Shown here: piece by piece, positions 1 through 13,365 of the stretch
Position numbering within the stretch: the stretch's first letter is position 1
How the letters are laid out: each line of letters opens with the position of its first letter
Assembly: GCA_004431415.1 (NCBI GenBank)
Contig: QPMI01000464.1
Location: forward strand, 1-56,704
Source: Cyanophora paradoxa CCMP329
Taxonomy: Eukaryota; Plantae; Glaucophyta
DNA: 56,704 nucleotides
Direction of reading: 5' to 3'
The notes under the pieces: generated by a model
Told to the model about the DNA's origin: nothing
What the model saw: the letters and a program-made list of their open reading frames with translations, nothing else
The model's database searches: none
Position numbers and translations under genes: made by a program

Positions 1-144
1 AGGTTCTTGTTAATATTGCTATCCAGTCTGATGTTGACTGACCTGTGTGCTTATGCCCGCCTCCTAGGTTCAGCTATGTAAACAACTGCGTACTCCAAGA
101 AGAGATAATCCGCCACTCATCGCGAGCTCGATGTTGAACCCATA

Positions 145-441
145 TTGCGGCCGGACACCTTATCTCCCTTCTCCGAACTTAAGAACGAACCTCTGATATA
201 CGATGATGACTTGACTGCCATTCGACGTCGTGCACATGCAAACATGGCGTTTGCGATACAATTGCGATCCATTGTATCCGAAATTCCCTTCCCAGATACC
301 GCTAGTCTTTCAAATGATGACGACTTAGCAGTTGTCCGTAGACGGGCGCTTTCGGAACTTGCGTTTGCGCTTCGGCTCCGGTCGTTAGTAGGAGGACTTT
401 TCTTTCCCACGTTTTCTGATCCCGAAGATACACACGTGTAA
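145..441 (+). CDS. Hypothetical ORF with an internal ~35-aa duplication
   Basis: DDDLTAIRRRAHANMAFAIQLRSIV recurs as DDDLAVVRRRALSELAFALRLRSLV. Conservation at amino-acid level suggests coding. The 5' end is uncertain. Confidence 0.35.
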   Translation: MRPDTLSPFSELKNEPLIYDDDLTAIRRRAHANMAFAIQLRSIVSEIPFPDTASLSNDDDLAVVRRRALSELAFALRLRSLVGGLFFPTFSDPEDTHV

Positions 442-930
442 TCGATGATGCATATAATTTCTGATGCTGGGTTCAGGAGGTCATGGGCGTGGCAATGGGG
501 GCGGCAGTGGGTATGTCGTTTCTATCATTTAGGCACCAGTTCTTGCTGCGTCTGTAATCGCACTTTTTTGTTTTTGAGCGGGGTGTGCGTTGTTTTTGAG
601 CGGGGTGAACCCTGTGAGCAACCCACCTGAGCAGCTGGTCCTCCCTAATCCTCTTTCCCCCTCCCGCACTTATTGGTCTGCCCCTATAAATGAGGTTCTG
701 CTGTGTGTTATTTGTGCAGATTCTGAGTGACTCACTTGCCCGTTACCCTCGCAAATGAAAACCAGTTTGCTTTATCCACGCTCACGGACCATGAATACAA
801 TTGCTACCCCAACCATGTCCGTCTACCCCCAATACATCTCTGTATATCCACCGGTTCCCCGTCTATTTACTCGCTAAGAATTGTTCATGCCCTCGACTTG
901 CCACCTGTTCATGTCCTCGACTTGCCAACG

Positions 931-3305
931 TTAATATTCCTCATCTTCTTCACCCGCGTCTTCCTGTCCCTCGACATCCGACGTGACGTCGGCGTCTTTC
1001 GTCTTTCGCGTCTTCTTGGGAGTCACCTGAGCGTTTCCGCCGGACTTCCGCTTGGTCCCCGTTGGCTGACGTGTTTACGATTACGCCGTATTAATTGGAG
1101 GTGTCTGTGTAAACTCGTACCTCGCGCTCAGTCTGGCCCATGTGAAATGACGCCTCGCTGCCACCACGAGAGACTGCAAACGGGTTTGCCTTGAATGTGA
1201 GTAGCTGCGGCTGCATCCCCGATCCAATTGCCGCCATTGCCATCGACGAGCTCGAGTGCCCAATCGATCCAGCCCCTCCAATACCATTGAATCCACCAGT
1301 AACTGGTCCTCCGGTCCCGTTGAGGGCTAGACCACTGCCACTGTTTGCAGCTGGCCCGATCGGGAAAAGACCTGACTGTAGTTATTAGCCGGAGGTCTAC
1401 ATATTTATAGAAATATTGCACCGAGCCGATTGGTAGCGTTGCCAAGCGGAACGGACGCATGCATGCGGGCCTGCACGTCGGGTGTCTTGAGCGACTTCGT
1501 CACAAACCCGTCTGGGAGGCTTGTCTTCCGCTGTTCGTACTCCGCAAGTCCCATGACCTCAGAAAAGTAGCCAAACCACATTTCCACCGGCTTGCCTGCG
1601 GGTCTCTCGAACTTGAACTGCCAAGGAAGGGTGAATTTGGCATATACCACCATCGTGATATACTGAAGCACCTCGACAAACGATACGACGATGTCGGCGA
1701 CGTTGTTGACGCTGTAATTGTCGTACAGCACTCCAAGGGTGTCGAACTTGGCATCCTTTCCAAACCGAGCAGAAACTTTGCATCCGTGCTTGTCCATGCA
1801 AACATATCCATCCTCGTCCTCTTTGATAACACAATGCACATTGTCTGTGGTCTCGCAATCAGCCTAACTTGGGTATTAACGTATAGTGGAGCACACATTC
1901 GCTGAACCGATTTGATTCGCACTGCCTGTTCACACTCATGTAATCAACGGTTGCAGCCTTGAAGTCTGAGACGATTTCGTAACGCATGATAGTAAACACC
2001 GCGTGTTCCATGCTCGCCAGTTTATGCGGCAGACTAGAAAGTCGAGGGTCCTGCACAAGTACATACACGTGTTAAAGCAGATTTCCAGAGTGTTATAGCG
2101 GAATGTACCTGTTCGTGTACGGCCTCAAATGCAATGTTCCCAACGTTACCAGAATTGATTTGAATCTCTTTCAGCATTGTGCGATCCCGCGAAATTGGCC
2201 AAGCCAATTTTTCGTTGGCCGTACCTTTCACAAGGTAACGGGCCTTCGAGGCCCGCATGATCAAATACTGCCGCAAAAACTTCTGTGTGAGCGTAGATAT
2301 GAGCGTACTACTTATGGAGCGGAATGGCTGACCATTCCATCAATGCTGCAGCTGGTGCTCAACTGGTCGGTGATCGCGTTCACTTGCTGAACAATATCTC
2401 CCTTGGCCGCCATTTTTTCCGCATTCTTCACGATAGCTCCTGTGAAAATACGAATTGCGATTTTGTCGCCGACCTAGGCATTGAGGGAGACGGCGTAAGC
2501 GTGCGTTGTACGTGGAACTTATGTTGATGCAACGTACCTCGTCCTCCAACGTGCCTCGGATTGAATTCGAATCAGTCCCATTCTGTCCGTTGATGCTGTG
2601 CATGTTCCCGATTCGAACGATGCCCTCGAAATCCCTGCCATCCTTCAAATCCGCGAAGGTGCGCGCCACAGTGATCCGCTTGAGAGGGCTGTAATGGTCA
2701 TTAGACTCCGCCGGTTAGGTGTCTAAATTGTATGCGGAGCTTACGATATCATGGTCAACGTGTGGCCAACCGGCGGGCCGACCGCAGCGGGAGAAATCGG
2801 CGCAAGCGCGGTACTTGTCTTTGAGGTAGGGCTAACCAGCAAGCTGTGCTATCTGTCTCAATACGCGTTGAATTCCGACAATACAGTGAACTTACTGATT
2901 GCCTGATGCGACGGGGGGCTGTCCTGCGATAGCCGAGGGAACCTGCTCTCGCCCGTCCGCATCCCTGCGATCATCGAGGACCTTGTCGGCACCATCCGCG
3001 GCATGTCCACTGTCACGAATAAAAATTAGACACAGCGCAAGGACCGTACACACCACTGGCGTTGAAAGTTTCAAAACCCACCTGGCCGCCGGAACCGGAT
3101 TTCCAGAAGCTTCGGGCTTCTCAGTGACATCAATCGCTGTCTCCTCCGCCTCGGCTTCCGGCTGCAGTCCCTTCGCTGGATTACCACTCCCTTTTGCCTT
3201 TGCAGGTGGAGCTGTCGCCGACGCTTTCTTAGGCGTCTTCACACTGGCCTCCTCAGGATTATCACCTTGCGCGGCAGGGGCCGTGGTCTTGGGTTGACGG
3301 GCCAT
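931..3305 (-). CDS. Multi-exon OB-fold (RPA70-like ssDNA-binding) protein, copy A; some frameshifts
   Basis: ATG at 3305 (MARQPKTT). Exons include TFADLKDGRDFEGIVRIGNMHSING..IRGTLEDE|VGDKIAIRIF (resembles an RPA70 OB fold) and CVIKEDEDGYVCMDKHGCKVSARFG (resembles the DBD-C Zn-ribbon region). A Lys-rich then acidic tail ends EEDEEY* at 931. Exon-by-exon paralogue of 16709-19138. Confidence 0.5.
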
Positions 3306-4609
3306 GACGCTTGAAGAGGTGCACACCCGAGTGACCGCGGTGAATTTCAAACTTTGCTCTAACACTGCGGTATCGATTGCGTACTAACCAAAATTGCGTA
3401 CACCCGCAAAAGTTCCCGTTTAGATTAGAATCGCTGCACCCTTGCATTGCTTGCTTCATGCTGGCGCTCTCTAACTCGCCACCGTACACCTTGTTCCCGC
3501 CCTCTAACAGATCCCGCCGGCCTGCTGACGCCGCTCGGCCAGACACATGCACGACGTTCCAGGACGCACACTGCGCGCGTATCCGCGCTGTCCGTTTGGC
3601 GAGGGCCCACGCTGCGCTTTTCAACTCCGGTTACAGTCACCAAGTGCACGCTCGCGCACTTGACATTACCGACCTGGATTCATAGGAGCCGACACCTTTT
3701 TCGATTGCAGCGCAACGTGGCAGTACAGCCGAGATTGTTAGAAATATCGAGAGTGATTATACAATCCAATGATCGTGAATAGCCTGACGGACGCAGCACA
3801 CAATTCGCAATTTGCTGCTGCTGGACGGCGGCGGTGGCGGGTCGCTTGCGATGCACCAGTGGGCGGGGCGATGTGATGTAGAGCGACGGAGTAGTGTGCG
3901 GCAGGGCGCCCGCCATAGCATGTCCATTGAATGACGGCGTGCGGGCCGCTGTGTGTCCCTGGACGTGAAGGCCGCCGCCGTCTTTCGGAGCACGCAGCTA
4001 AGACATGGCGCCGGGGCCGATCGCGAGAAGCCATAGTGCGCGGGAGGGCGCCGGGCCGAGAGCCAGATTGCGCGTAAGGCACTGGAGTGGCATGAGAGAG
4101 ACGCTAGAGTGCGGCGCTGGCGGGGGGCCTGCGAGCAGATCGACTGGCTGAGCTTGGGCGGGTACGGGTGCTTCAGCAATCTTAAGCTCTATGGCTGCAT
4201 AGCTGCACACGCTCTTACTCGGAGAAGCCAGCTAGCATTACACTTGTATTCGTACAATTTAGTTCCCGACCGCGGGCGGGGTGTTGGTGGCGGGGCGGGC
4301 GGGGCGGGTCAGGCGGCCATGGCAGGCGGCGTGGCGGGGCAGGCGCCGCGGGCGGGCCTGTGGCTAGCCGCGCTGATAGTGTTGTTAGTTTATTGAGCCT
4401 CTGCAAAAGATTCAGGGTGTGGCCGCAAGGAATCTATAGATCTATCTTACTGCCGCAGGGATGGGGCCCGCTGCCTGATATAGTCGGCGTCTGGCATGAG
4501 AGAGACTTGCGAATCTTGCTTGCAGCTGCGGACTTGCCTCTGTGACCGCCGCCGACGCACCCGGGCTTGGATTTGTTCTCACTTGCTATCTCCGGCCGTC
4601 CCGGTCCCG

Positions 4610-5640
4610 CCGCGAAGGCTCCGCGAGTAGGGTCGCCTGCGCTCACCTAGTCGCGCAGGGCGCGGCGTTGAAGGGCGGGGAGGCGTGCACGAAGTGAGAA
4701 ATGGCCGCCATGTGTTCGACGCCCCGCCGCAAGGGCGCTGCGAGTCGAGCTCCCTGCATCCGCGCTATCGCGCGGGCGCGGCGTCGAAGGCGGGAGGTGC
4801 GCACGACGCGAGAGATGAGCCGCCGCTGCGCCCCGGCTGCCCCGCCGCGAAGGCGCAGCGATTCGGGGCGCCTGCGCTCGGCTTCTCGCGCGGGCGTGGT
4901 GGGGAAGGCGGTGAAGCGCGCACCAGGCGATAGATGGGCCGCCGCTGCGTCCCGCCGCCCGGCCCTGCGCGAATGCTCCGCGAGTCGGGTCGCCTGTGCT
5001 CACCTCTTCGCGCGGGGCGCGACGCGGAAGGGCGGGGATGCGCGCACCAAGCGAGAGATGAACGCCGCTGCGCCCCGCCGCCGTCGCCGCGCGGCGCCGC
5101 GAGAGGTCCTCCCTGCGCCCGCCCCGTCGCGCGAAGCGCGGCGCCGAAGTGCGGGGAGGCCCGCACAAGCGAGAGATGGGCCGCCGCTGAGCCCCGCGAG
5201 TCGGGTCGCCTACGCTCGCTTGTCGCGCGGGCACGGCGGGAAGGGCGGGGAGGCCGCACCAAGCTATAGATGGGCCGCCGCTGCTACCCGCCGCCCCCAC
5301 GCGAAGTGCCGCAAGTCGAGCTACTTCGCCCGCCCCGTTGCGCGGGCGCGGCGAGGAAGGCGGGGAGCCCGCACCAGCGAGACATGTGCCGCCGTGCAAA
5401 CCGCCGCGCCGGCCCTGCCGCAAAGGCGCCGCGAATCGGTCGCCTCCGTTCACTAGCTCGTCCGCGGGAGCGGCGCTGAAGGCGGGGGCGCGCACCAAGC
5501 GAGAGATGCCGCCGGCCGCTGCGTTCCGGACACCCCGCCGCGGGGTCGCGAGTCGAGATCCCTGCCCCGCCCCGTCGCGCGGGGCGGTGGCGACGGGTGT
5601 GGAGCGCGCACCAGCGAGAGATGAGCCAAGGCTGCGCCCC
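4610..5640. repeat. Degenerate GC-rich tandem repeat, ~118-bp unit, ~9 copies
   Basis: Anchor GCACC(A)AGCGAGAGATG(G/A)GCCGCCGCTGC recurs near 4687, 4801, 4920, 5044, 5163, 5255, 5371, 5492 and 5608. This explains the Arg/Ala/Gly/Pro-rich ORFs here. Confidence 0.75.
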
Positions 5641-5703
5641 GGTGGCTTACTATATTCTAGTCCATGTCCTAGCTAAAATCTTCGCATCGCGGACTGAAAG
5701 CAA
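5630..5703 (+). repeat. Dispersed repeat, copy 1 (GC hairpin + CTAG, Helitron-3'-end-like)
   Basis: GCTGCGCCCCGGTGGCTTACTATATTCTAGTCCATGTCCTAGCTAAA...GGACTGAAAGCAA is nearly identical to 15711-15785. Confidence 0.65.
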
Positions 5704-5716
5704 GATGTCGAATAAG

Positions 5717-5760
5717 ACTCACTCCCAGGATTCGAACCTGGGTCTAAGCGATGTGAGCAG
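5717..5760 (-). pseudogene. tRNA 3'-half remnant / B-box (T-arm)
   Basis: The minus strand has a perfect T-arm CCAGG-TTCGAAT-CCTGG and a loose CTCACAT loop. There is no matching 5' acceptor strand or D-arm. Confidence 0.4.
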
Positions 5761-5906
5761 CCGTCCGGACGGCTGGTCTAGATCTACGGGTACCGAATAG
5801 CAAAGTTCAGCCCGACCTTCAACTAATAGCCAAGCTTCAGCCCTTTTTTGGAGCTTCGAATAGTGAGAGGCGGCTGGTCACTTCCCCTTATCGAGCGCGC
5901 CATCCG

Positions 5907-7196
5907 ATGTCCGACGAAGATGAATATCTGGCTTTGCGCAGGTGAGTCGCACGTGTGCACTGCGTGACTCAAATGTGCAAGCAAAGCCAGAACTTCGGAA
6001 CTTGTACTAATATGGCGTCCTCTACGCGCAGCGGCAGGCTAACGCGCTTGCACACTGGAACGCAGAGAAGAAGAACGAGGTTGAAGCGTTCCGACTCGCA
6101 GCTCAAGAGGTGCGCTTATGCGCGCAGTGCGAGGAGGCCGCCGCTGCGCCGCGTAATTGAGGCGTGGTTCGTAGATAGGCAGCGTCGTCGATCATCACCC
6201 ACCGGCTGCAATGTGGAAGACACAAGAACGCCGCCGGGGAAGCAAAGACGCAGGGAGAGATCTTCTCTGGGCATAGCGGCCGCGACCGCAGCGACAAGCG
6301 GGACATCTACAGCGCCGTGGCCCGCCCAAGCGTGGCCATTGCGAGTAGTAGCGTAGCTGCTAGCGGCGAACGCACATGTGCTCGGCTGCAGAAGTCACAA
6401 CGTCGGTGGGCATGCACACCTTCAACCACCCCACATCGTAAAAACGGACGAGTCGCCAGCGGCGTCAAGCCCACCGACTCGATGCTCGTGCCTCAGCTCG
6501 CCCGCGCATCTGCATCGCCTGCGGCGAGGAGAGCCACCAGAACACAACGAGCCTGCTCGCGCCATCGAGAACGGCTTCGTGGTAAGAAACCTCAAGTGAT
6601 TACAATATATAGCTACACTATGAATCTGACACGTGGGCACAGGGGCATGTACTTGTCTGTATGATGGAAGAGGAGAGCTTGGCGCGAAAATTCAGGAAGC
6701 GCGCAAGGAGGTCATCGATGCGATCGACATCTTCTTTCGCGGGACTTCAGCGGGTATTGCAGTGCAACTGCTCAAGAGCTACGACTCGTGAGAGCCAGAA
6801 TCGATAGATTCCCTGAAGAACATATATCTTCGTCAGAGCAAGCGACCGATTCACTACGTACCAGGATGACCCAGCCGCTGGAATTGAACGTGTGTACTCC
6901 TGCATTTATGTTTTCGTCCAGCACGCGTGCGGTTGGGTGGCTGATCAAGACACAGGAAGGAACAGTGGCACCACTGAAGACGGGACTACGTCGGTCATTG
7001 CGCATGCCGTATGCAATGCAATCAGAGACGCGAAGTCAACGTGGAGCGCGAACTGGGCTGTTGCAATCGGTTCAAGGTCGATCGGAAGCTGGAGGGTCTT
7101 GCTTTCTACCTGGCGGATGAAGTTGTCACCTGCGCAAACTTGCAGGGCAAGCAGGGGCGCCAGAGCAATCTGGTAATCTGCATCCCGCGCCAATAG
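5907..7196 (+). pseudogene. Intron-containing hypothetical gene, frameshifted
   Basis: MSDEDEYLALR|gtgagt...cag|RQANALAHWNAEKKNEVEAFRLAAQE|gtgcgc. Later coding-like segments switch frames. No family recognised. Confidence 0.3.
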
Positions 7197-7499
7197 AGCT
7201 GTCGCCTACTTCAGCCCCTCCGGCTTTCAGCTACTACGGCACAGAATCTTCGCACCCTCCTTCAGAACCACAGGATCGCGGACCACCGTGACAACGTATT
7301 CTTATCGAACTCTCTCCTTTTCGCCGGTTCTGCCGATCTCATCGTCAACCATTTCGCCTGCGGCAGCTCGCCGTCCACCACCTTACACTCCTCCTATGTG
7401 TACGTTTTCCGTGCACATAGTTCTTTCATTAAAGTTACTAATCTCGTTCGTACAGAGCACGGGATCGGTGGTGGTTGTCCATGTCCAATATCACACCAT

Positions 7500-10150
7500 A
7501 CTCTCAGCTAGCCCTCCAAATACACAATAGGCGGCTGCTTACGATTAGACTGAATAAACTATACGTAGACTTGGGTTTTCCGAGCTATATACGCAGGCTA
7601 TCGTTGTGGTACGAAGGTACCAGTGTTGCCTACAGTACTGTGCACAAACAATCAGGAGGGCATTGGAAATCTCTTTTGTGCGAAGCGGCAGACCGTAGTG
7701 TGCACGATGCCGGATAGCGAAGAACGTGGTGAGGTCCGGCGGAGTCTATCGTACCAGGCGTAAACTCTGCCGCATGTGTGACCGGCAGCAGCGTACACAT
7801 GCACGTTCGTAAATTTGTACGAAAGTGAACTGAGTCGATTGTCATTGGATCACGTCTGTGCACGTGCTGCGTTTCAATGAACATCGTATGCGCTGGTCCT
7901 TTCTACGTTTGCTTGCTCCTTTCTCTTATGTTCGGGGGTACCCTGTATCGATTTGCTTTGGTGATATCGGCTCTTGGGATCCGCTTCCCGCGCTGTGTGT
8001 TCATCATCTACGCAAAGCGTGCGTATGCAACCCGCCTACTGCCTGGGTTATGCTGCGCGGGTGCTGGCACACCTTTTAGCTGGGCTCTCGTCGACGTCGG
8101 AGCGGGCTTGCATCTCTCACACTTCTTACGCAGCTCATTCTGACGGCAGGTATTAGAGGGCAAGACAGTACGGACTGCCTGTACGACCTTCTGGCGTCAG
8201 TCCCGAAGCCACGTCATCCGGCTCGTTCTGTCTTGCAATGAACATCACGCGTATGACACGTAAGTTTCTCCTTCGTGGTATTTCCGACGTTACGGGTTTG
8301 AACCAGATCTCTGTCGTAGTTCACGAATGCAGGATCTGGTGCAGCGGGTAAAATTTTCTTTTGACGTTGTATTATTGCCGCGTCATTGCAAAAGGACAGG
8401 TGTTCGAGAACCCTGGGATTTTCATTATTATCGCATCTTTCATATGTGACAACCAGTACCGTGCTGTCGTCTGTGTGCTTGGTGGCGTCTGTCAGAGTGG
8501 AGACGTATAGTACGTGTGGTTGCCGTGATTGATGCGGTACTGATGGGCCTCGAGCTCATTTCTCTTGTCCTTCAGCACGCAATTTCAAACCAGTGTCAGC
8601 TGTTTTTTTCGTGCAGGATGAAAGTGGACTTGTGCGCAGACCATCGGTCAGTTAATATAAGCGTGAATTCAATTGCGGAGGTGCGTTGTATTTCGCTAAT
8701 GAGATCGCCCATGATCACCTCGGTAGCTAATGACATGATTCAGGCCGTTCGTATGCTAATATCGCATCCTAAGAAGTGTCTCTCGAACATGTGCGTTTTC
8801 AGGGTTACGACGCTATGTAACATATACCTCACGTCCTTCGATGGCTCCTAGGTTTTGACAACAGTTACGAGGGTGTGTTTATTACTTCACGTACAGAAGA
8901 AATATTCGTAGAACTCCCTCGTCTCGTGACTCATATTGGGTGTGCGGATATGCTAGTTGTCGAACTGTGCATATTTCGTGCACGTCCGTCACCGAATACG
9001 CTTTTTTTGGTTTGTTAATTCAATTTCGGCTGTTGTGTTTCTATCTCATTTTTAATTATCAAATGAACAGGCAAGTCGGCAGGAAATGGAAATCGTACTG
9101 AAAGAATTTACGCGGAACTTACTACACGCCATGGACACTGTGCCAGCACATGTAATTCCAGCTGGATTCGTGTCTCAGTCACGACATTATCGTCTCTGCG
9201 CACAGGCCCAACCGTTCCATCATCTACCAAAACATATATTGCTCATGCGCCACTTTTGGGGGGCTATCCGTCTGCTGCAATTTCCCATGTACGCGTCTTT
9301 TCTAAAGTCGTGAATGCTTTAATTAATAGAGCGTCCGTTGATATATTAAGCGCAGTTGGAGATTTGTTTGGATCCCAGAGAATCAGATCTGTTGATACTA
9401 CACTCCGTCCTGGAACTACGGGAGAAGCCATTGAGTCTGGCAGGGATAGCATTGCAGTCGCAGCATTCGATATCTTCTGCAAGAGCACTCCGTCGCCATG
9501 AATCACTTGTCAGTGAAACATGGAGGCTCTCGGCTTTCATTTCACCTATATCGCATCGACTCAAGATATTCGGATTTTATATACGTATTAATGAGGACTG
9601 CCCATTGCAGTGCTGTGTGGATCCGATTGTCGATCCATTTCAACAGAGTATACCGCCGCTCGAAGTGTGCAAGATATTGACACCGGATCCTCGCACTGGG
9701 GCCGTTACTCTGGTATATTTGCAAGAACTTGCAATGTGCTCATTTTCTTGTATATATGTTTGGGTGATTTACGTTTATTCTGTCCTTAGGCAAAGGGGAT
9801 GGCGGAGTTCGGGAATTCCGATATGCCTTTCGTTTGCTGGAATTGATTCTGGCGGAGATTTCTAAACCGTTCCTTCTGTCATTTGAAGGGTGCGTGTTAC
9901 GGTAGGGACTGTGAACTGGTTTTTCATTTTTCGTTTTCATCTGAATTGTCCTTGCTTTGTACAGATTAAATTTGTCGCATGTGGCGGTCTTTTATTCGAG
10001 ACAAGGATTGTGACATTACTGGAACGTAACCCACCCCGTCATCTCATTCTTCGTGATTGTATAAAATGGCCAACGATGCGAGGAACGGCATTATCGATAG
10101 TTTTAGTTTCCCAGTTATTCGGACTGGGTGCCAGATTACATACGAATCAT
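7500..10150 (-). pseudogene. Decayed coding region with inverted paralogous fragments of the 11.9-13.4 kb and 14.9-15.7 kb genes
   Basis: 7740-7816 is a close reverse complement of 13050-13125 (KFxNVHVYAAAGxTCGRVYAWY). The minus strand also gives PADLPVHLII (~9070; cf. VPDLPLHLII at ~15475) and CKYTRVTAPVRGS (~9700; SP-RING-like). Confidence 0.4.
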
Positions 10151-11883
10151 AATATTGAGTGAATGTTTGTCTGGTCAAGTACATATGCATGCATATAGAA
10201 TCCTAAGCACTACTAGCCCAGTGTTCCACTGCCCCCATCGACCCGCTGCCCTCTGCACCCTTCACCCGGCCCCGAGTATCCCGTCGCCCACCAGTGCCCG
10301 CCTCTTCTGGTCTCTAGCGCCCCGCTTCCTACGCCCCTATCGTCCCACCCGCGCGCCCTCTAGCACCCCGGCCGTCACCCCTCTGCCGTCTCGCTTCCAT
10401 CGGAGAGGACCAGCGGGAGACAAACCGCCTAGACTCAGTGTTCCGCCGCCCCAGCAACCTTCTGCCCCCCCCTCAGTACACCGTCTTCCCCATCGACATG
10501 ACCCCACTCTGACCCTACTCAGCATCCCGTCTCACACCAGCGACCTGCTGTCCCCCACCGCCCCGTCCCCGCCGCCCTTTAGCGCAAACCTCTGTTTCTC
10601 ACTTGCCCCCCCCCTCCTCCCCCCCCTCCCCCCCCGCACCTCTCCGCTCTCTAAACATCTGCAGTCGATGATTGCATTTGTAAATGCCTACTTTGCTTCG
10701 GGAATACCTGGATTGCAGACTCAAGGTGTTTAATGCTAGTTCTTAAAAAGCTGCTTGAACACCAAGCGTGTACCGAGCTCTTTCTCATGTCAGGACACCT
10801 ACTTCCCGGTTGCTTCGTCGACATCTCATCAATGGCCTCTGATAAAATTACCATTTCGATCGACACCTTCTGAAGTCTCATCAGGACGCCGGACAGCTTA
10901 GCAGAATCATCGTCCGACAGTGGCAAAATTGGGAACGTTGGCCTTGTCAGAACTGCAAGCAATACGGCCGTGTGAACCAGACGTACGCTAGCAGCAATAT
11001 TAATGCCGATGTGCACGAGATGCACTGCGTACTTACTTGAATCGTCGCTTGCGCTGTCGCTGTCAGTGCACTGCATATCGACATCCGACCCTGTTCGTGC
11101 CACCTTTCAGTACACAGCGCGTTCGTTAGCAACCGATCGTACGTTCGGAATGCCAGATATGCACCTGTTGCATTCTGCCATTTCTCTGCCCAGTGGCACG
11201 ACGGCAATCGCTATAGTCATCACCCGGACACTCTGCGCGATCCCCATGCGCGTATGAGTCGGTAGACCGGTCCAACCTCGTGAAACATGCTCGCGTACTT
11301 CCCGACCAGCGTCTGATTGCGAATCGCCTGACGCTTCTGCAAAGTGAAGTGCATATGCAATGCGTTAGCCTGCTGCGGACTCTGCACGTCTACAGCGAGC
11401 GCTGGTCTGAATGCGTCACCTCGCCCATGTTCGATAGGTGCTATCCCGGCTTCGCTCTCCATTAACGTGCAAACGGTAACCTTCCGACGCGAGCATCTAC
11501 CCCTGTGCTGTCGCTCCGTCAGCGTCACTTCCGATAATAGCTGTCATCAGTCTCTCTCCGTACATCCTGTTCCTAGGCGGCCATGTACGACTTGTACGAT
11601 ATCACAGGCGCGATCGATCATCCCGGCGCAAGCTAGCATCATACCTCGCTGCGCGCTTTAATCTGAGTGCCTTATACAAGCCACCGCCACCGATCTATGT
11701 ATCGCGCCCACCGAGGTTCGCACACACGCATGTTCTATCCTTTGTTTGCGCATCCGATCCGGTAAACACATGTTACTATAGCTACTCTCATGCGTGCTCC
11801 TACTCCCAGTTTTTACAGAGCGGTGATATGCTCGGAAGAGCCATTGACAATGGCTGCCGCGACCATGGATCATCGGACCAGGA

Positions 11884-13365
11884 TTGCCTGTGATGGACGG
11901 CTTTTATGCACATCCTGCGGCTTTTGGGGAGCGTCTCCGCGACCACGCCTTAATTTCGTACCTTCCTCCTGACATACCAAGCTGCGTGTTCATATCAGGT
12001 CCGTCATTCGCCCATCGTTCCATACCTATGCATACAAACATACGCATCCTCTCTATCGCACAGGTGGCCTCCCTTCAAAGCCCTCACGTGCCCGCCGATT
12101 GCCTACCGAATGGCATTGTACGCATGCATGCGAGAAAGCATGAGCGCGAACCGTTTGTCCTGAGAGTAGCTTGCAGGAACGATATCGACATCTACGTAAA
12201 AGCCTCAACCGTGGCAGAATTCACTCGCGTCGTCAACGCCTTCTATCAAGCTGCGGCGCGCGCATCCGCAGAACGAGTCGCGCCTTACCTACCAAAGAAT
12301 AAAACCGTGGATGTCTTCTGCGCACCTTTTGCCTACGGCATCCAGATCATGGCCCCAGGTGTCCTACCTCTGCAGGTGCCTGCTACATGCAGAATATTTC
12401 GAACGGTATCATTTCGATTTTCAAATTCTGTTCCTCAGATCAGTGTCATGGGTTCGAATACTATTGAGCGTATAGTATCATCGTACGACCTCCCTGCATG
12501 TGCAATCTACGTGCCAGGAGACGACCTTAGCCACCCGGTCGCAACGTTTGCAGCGTGTATGACCCTCATCACGCACACAATTCCCATCAACGTGGACTAC
12601 CTGGGCCTTTTTCACCCTTCTACTACGTTGAAAATGGCCACGTGTTAACCACGCATCATCCATACCACTGCGTGCCCGGATTTTGAAATACGTGCAAGAC
12701 ACCGGAGCTGGAGTACGTACTCTCTCGCATTCAATCCATACTACTGCTGGCCTCCGCGATCGTGTTCGTGGGTCATCGCTTTCTGGCATCGAAGACGTTA
12801 ACCGCGATCAAGATCCGAACTCGAGTGCATAATGCATCCTGCCTCCGCAGCTGGCGTCCTGCAACTACTATGACACTCAAATGTTGTGCGCAGGAATCTG
12901 AGGGCGCGTCACCTGGATTGGATTGGTTGCGAAGGGACACCGGTCTGCTTCCCTCAGGAGTACACCCTGTGCGTTTCTATTTTATACGATCATCGTGGCC
13001 GGTATCGAGTTCACCCGCAAAGTTAATGTGTTTGCGGCCAGTTCATGAAGAAATTTGCGAACGTGCATGTGTACGCTGCTGCCGGTTACACATGCGGAAG
13101 AGTTTACGCCTGGTACGAGAGACTCCGACGTGACCTCATCAAGTTCTTCGCTATGCGGCAGCTCACACACAACGGTCTGCCGCTTCTCACACAAGAGATT
13201 TACGATGCCTTCAACGCTGCATTCGACGCCTCGGTGGCAGCAAGGAATCGGACCCCGACAGAGTACGTCGCTACGTATACTATTCCTTCCGAATTCCTGC
13301 GACCCCTGCTACTACAGTTCTTTCACTCCCCCCAACCCCAAGTAACTACAGCATGTGATCTCTAA
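11884..13365 (+). CDS. Pol-beta-superfamily nucleotidyltransferase-like protein, intron-containing
   Basis: Ordered motifs FISG(G) ... NDIDIY (DxD) ... QISVM ... IERIVSSYDLPACAI ... RILKY match the FISGG/DID/FD..C/R..KY pattern of NTase-fold proteins from large viruses and fungi. A probable last exon lies at 13045-13365. Confidence 0.5.

Noticed and set aside
4647-5676. Long Arg/Ala/Pro-rich ORFs on both strands
   Set aside because: By-product of a stop-poor GC-rich tandem repeat.
5717-5800. Functional tRNA-Val(CAC)
   Set aside because: No acceptor-stem pairing or D-arm; kept only as a remnant.
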